A stretch of DNA of 64,000 nucleotides, taken from NCBI GenBank assembly GCA_013239625.1, contig MU054001.1:3574167-3638166 (forward strand), written 5' to 3'. The position numbers and the translations under genes are program-made. The DNA is from Lama guanicoe (lineage: Eukaryota). The notes under the pieces are model-generated. The model saw only the letters and a list, made by a program, of their open reading frames with translations. It searched no databases and was not told the DNA's origin. Position 1 is the stretch's first letter. Every line of letters starts with the position of its first letter. Of this stretch, positions 59,501 to 64,000 are shown piece after piece.

Positions 59501-62339
59501 CAGTCTGGCTCCCACAGCCAGGCCTTCACCCTGCACCCTGGCTGTCGGCACAAAGCCCTGCACCCAGGAAGGGCTCCATAATGTTAGTTGGTGCAAATGA
59601 CACTAGCAAGTCTTCTGAAGCCACTGCTCACCCTACCTTTACTAAGCTATCACCATGTTTCCAGGAACCGTCCTGGATTCTGGCAATGTCCCCGGAGGCT
59701 GGCATGAGACGCACTGCCCGCTCTCATGCAGAGGCACCAGCAGTCCTTGTCCTGGCATCCTGGACTTGCCACGGTCTCCTTTCATCCCTGCAACTGCAGT
59801 GCGTGATGCTGTGGCTGAACCCGGGTGAGCAACCAGTGTTTATCAAATGAGTTTAGGACTGAATTACATATGAACAAACATGGGTGGATGGATGGATTTT
59901 ACAACGGATGGATGGAAGGACAGATGTATAATCAAATTATATTCTGACCCACAGACGTTTTAAGAAGCCCCTCTGGAGTATCTCTTACAATGGTTTTAAT
60001 TTTATAAGAAGTGTCGTCCTCACCATGATTTTTTATTTGGCCTGGGTACTGGGCCAAGAGGGTTGGGGAGCAAGATCTGGCCACGGAGGAGGTGGGAAAG
60101 GTGTTAACAAGCTATAAATGACCTTCCCGGCCTATTCAGGCATAAGTAATGTCCCCAAATTGCCTACAGTCAAAACTGCCAATTCCAAGCTGATTGCGAT
60201 GAATCAGGCTCCCCCTCTACGCAATAATGTGATCAATTTCTCATTTCGCTGAATAAATAAGCTGGAAGATGGGGAACTGTCTCTGACCCACCGTTAACCC
60301 TCTGCCTCATTATTCATATCAGACCTATGACATGCATGTAAGAAATCCCTGGTTCAATTTTAGCTAATTATTTGTTAGGACTGAAGGCTCCGTGAAGTGT
60401 TACTGATGGTACAACTGCCCAGGGACCTTCCGGGAGGAGAAAGCCTTTGTCTACAAGGAGGGAGGCCAGGAGCAGCCGCCTTCTTTTCTATCCCCGGCCC
60501 TAAGCTTGCGGTCCGTGTGTTCATGCACTTGTACACGTGTATTTGCCTCTGAGTGTGGTACCCTGGTAATTTATGACATCTTTGACTATTGTTAACTTAC
60601 ATCTTTTTATCATACTTAGCAAAGATCACCCTTGCAATCAATTCTTTCATTGGGAATAAATCCTGCTGTAGTCTGTTCCCTCCCCCTGCCCCACACAGCG
60701 TCGCCCTGGTATAGGTACTGAAGGACCAGAGCTTTTGGAAACTTTAAAAATGTTTGTTTAATTGGCAGGCTGCCCTTGAGACATTTCCGAGAAAGCTGCA
60801 AAAATAGGATTGTATGTATTGGGAGGGATGAAACACCACGTGGGGGATTTGGCAGGTGCTGCCTGCAGAGATGCTGGGGGTTGCTGGCCAGATCCCGGGG
60901 GCCTCGGTGACTCCCCTGGAAGAGGATACTGGTGGTGGCTCCTCTGGGAGGGACTCACTGGCTCGGCCTGGAGGACCCGGAGCTTGACCCAGAGGGGCCC
61001 TGGATGGCAGATTTGTGACTGGTTGCCTTGCCAGGGGTCCATCTGAAAACCAGCATGGGCAACTCCAAGGAATCTCCAAGACTGGAAGACCATCGTTGGT
61101 ACATTTGTGTTTCCTTAAAAGGACAGAGGCCTTCGTTGCCCACTAGCTGTCATAAAGATCCAGTACTTCCTCGTATTCAGAATTGAGCTCCCCCAAGCAC
61201 TCTCACCTCCGGAGACTTATTGAATCATCAAGCCTGTGCATGTCACTCAACGTACAAGCTTTGAAGGTGTGTGATGCGCTGGGCTAGGCCTTGAAGGGGC
61301 AGTGATGGAGAAACGGTGTTACCAGGTACAGTCCTGTCCTCATGGGGCTTTCTGTCTAGCGTGGAGACAGGTAATACTGAGGACATCACTGCATGAGTTA
61401 GGGGAAATTCATGGATGCGGGGGCCCCGGAGGAGGTGATGGATTTGGGAGGTCAGAGAGGCTTCCTGATGGTGGGGAAGAGGGAGTGCCCCACCTGAAGG
61501 AGCCGCAAGTAGGGTATTGCAGATGGGGCACGTGGTGGGCTGGAGGACCATTTGATTACAAGTAGGTGAAAGAAGAGGCCAAAGAGGTAACAGGACCAAG
61601 ACATGAAGGGTCTCATTTGTCCAAACCTGGATGTAAATGTTACAATTTGGGGAGGAGGGTGTCCATTAACTGCTCTAGATCTTAGCGTCTGGGATAACAG
61701 TCTTCAATCAGGACTACCTCATCCAAGCCAGTGTCTACATTCAGTCTATTTAAAAGTCATATCCGGGAGCTTGGATTTCTTGGATTTTTACCCACAAGAT
61801 CCCTCAACAGCAAATGATAAGATCAACTTTGCATCTTGGGAAGGTCTCTGGCTCCCTGTGATTGACAGTTGGGAATGGAGAGAGGCAGGAAGGCCCTATG
61901 CCTTCTCCAAGGTGGCATAGGCCCCAGACCAGGTGGGATTAGCTTCATTTTATAGAGGTAAAGACCGAGATTCAGAGGGAGAAAGGGGCTTGCCAATCAT
62001 TAGCCGCCACTGGGTGATTGGGTGACTGGCCTCACCCAATCAATCAGACAGAGTTCCATCATGGACCGTTTTGCTATTTTCCACTGTGGAAAATCTGTTT
62101 TCTGTTTGGGAGAGGGGAGCAGTCCCAAACCTAACTAATGTCAGGAAAAAGGGGAGGATTTGTCACTATTAAAACAGAGTAGTTGGCTCCCAGGGACCAA
62201 ACCCTATACATCTTGGCCAAGGGTGCTAAGGAATCTGTGTTTCTGAAAAGCAGTAACCCGGTGTCTAAATGATCAAGTACAAAGAATCCTCCTCGCCCTA
62301 ATGTGAGAATGACTCGGCCATGACTCCTCCATGTCATTG

Positions 62340-62705
62340 GGAACCACCACCAGGCACACAGACCCAAAGGGTATGCCAGCACCTTCCCCAGGGCTTTGCA
62401 TATGCTGCTCCCTCTTCCTTCCATGCTCTTCCACCTAAGGGTCACATGCTTCTCTCCCTCTGCTCAGACATGGCCTCCACCAGGAGATCTTTCCTGACCA
62501 TCTTGTCCAAATCAGCCTCATTTTCATGACTCATGACTGTTTTTTTCTGATGCCAGGCATCCTATGGTTGTCAGTTTATGATCTGTTTCTCCCACTAGAA
62601 TGTGAGCTTCCTGAAGGCAGGGACTCTGTCTCCTTCACCCCTGCATCTCCAGTACCTCCCATACAGTGGGTGTTTAGTGCTCATATGAAGTGAATAAATC
62701 AATGT
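62340..62705 (+). mobile_element. L2 3' fragment
   Basis: 'cagggctttgcatatgctgctccctct...ccactagaatgtgagcttcctgaaggcagggact'. Confidence 0.85.
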
Positions 62706-62984
62706 AGAGGTCACTGCTCCCTTGTGAAGATTTTTGGAGGGTGCTCCCCGAGATGCTGTGAAGGGCCAGTCACAGGAGGACAGAACAGGGCACACTGATC
62801 CCCTGGACCAGTGGCTTCCTCCCTCCTCAATCTCTGGCCCAGAAAAGGCCTGGCACAGGACACAGCCAGTTGAAGTTTGTTTGGGTGATGAATGACTGAA
62901 TGACTTGACTGAGCAACTCGGTAAATCTCCCCTGGGATTAAGACCAGAGGTGGATCCGCTGGGGGGGCAACTGTGGAACCATGA

Positions 62985-63220
62985 GCAGTAATAATGTCAT
63001 CATTATCAGAGCTGTCATTTATTGATTGCTTATTATGTGCCAGACACAAACTAATCATTCCACATTCATTATCTCATTTAATCCTCACAAACCACCCATT
63101 AATCCATACTAGTATTGTCTCCATTTTACATATGAGAAAACTGAGACCTAGAGAGGTTAAGTAGCCAGCACAAAATGATACAGCAAGGACGAAGAACCAC
63201 TCAAACCCCGGCTGAGTGGA
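62985..63220 (-). mobile_element. MIR SINE
   Basis: 'atctcatttaatcctcaca...ccattttacatatgagaaaactgagacctagagaggttaagt'. Confidence 0.9.
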
Positions 63221-63435
63221 GGAGTGGCCTTCGAGATAACTATTTGAAAAGAAGAGGGAGCAGATGCAATTCTCACCTCGGAGACACGTGTGTCTGATGA
63301 TGGAGGCTTAGCCCATGCCCCCTAATACTCCAGGACATTCTAGCCGGGGAAGAGAAACATCCCTACTTCTGTGTTGATAGCTATAGCATAGCAAGCTCTC
63401 TCAAGAGAAAACACAGAAATACAGTTGAGTTGAGA

Positions 63436-63900
63436 CTTCATTCCTTTGTTCATTCATTAATTCAGCTGTTTTACTGAGTTCCCACCATGTGTCAGGCACT
63501 GCTTTAGGGGCTGGGGGTTCCAGCAGCGCACTGGGTAGAGAGGATCCCTGCCTTCCCAGAACTTACCGTCTGCTGGGAGAGATAACAGTACAGGGGTACA
63601 AGCCGGGAGCTGAGAGAACAAACAGCAGGAGAACAGAGGCTCCTCTAGAGATTTCCACAAAGGGAGGGCAGGAGAGGGCAGGTAAAGGTGCTGGGGAGGA
63701 GGAGGAGTGAGCCTGGCTTTAAGGAACGGAATTCACGTGCCCAAGAGAGGAGGCAATGCCAGTGGAGGAAATGGGTCCCTACTTGGAAGAGGGGCACAGA
63801 CCCTGTGCTCAGACTTAAGAAGGATATCAGTTGCCCAAAGGCACACAGCCAAAGCAAGGAGGGGGGCAGAATCCCTGCTCAAGGACCCGCTGCAAGCTGC
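63436..63900 (-). mobile_element. L2 3' fragment
   Basis: 'ttcattcattaattcagctgttttactgagttcccaccatgtgtcaggcactgctttaggggctgggg'. Confidence 0.8.
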
Positions 63901-64000
63901 GTGCCCAGGAGCTACATGCACCAGAGCAGACGCCTTTTCCAAGCTCACACCAGGTCCCCCGTGGACCAGCAGTTACCCTCATCAGCTCACGTGATAAACA

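Noticed and set aside
1..64000. Prokaryote-style novel system (CRISPR array, operon, defence island)
   Set aside because: The sequence is mammalian; there are no regularly spaced repeats with spacers and no gene-dense coding regions.

Overview
Mammalian, non-coding, repeat-rich genomic DNA, most likely from a camelid (camel/alpaca/llama): two tRNA-derived SINEs resembling the camelid Vic-1 family lie at 15.6-15.9 kb, and several short, younger artiodactyl-type L1 3' ends are present. I found no credible protein-coding exon, RNA gene or CRISPR array; the ORF track is explained by chance ORFs, simple repeats and transposon debris. The window reads as intergenic or deep-intronic DNA: ancient MIR, L2, L1M, MaLR/ERVL LTRs and hAT/Tigger relics alternate with repeat-free blocks that look like conserved non-coding or enhancer elements, plus one CpG-island-like patch near 31 kb. 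The most notable hidden structure is a heavily decayed LTR-retroelement pol gene (RNase H plus integrase motifs in the right order) on the minus strand at about 4.1-6.0 kb, split by a MIR. Others are a solo MER41-like LTR with a 4-bp TSD, an inverted SINE pair inside a nested transposon stack, and a strong G-quadruplex motif. I see no evidence for a new biological system. Repeat family names are from recalled consensus similarity (no RepeatMasker run) and most boundaries are approximate (tens of bp).
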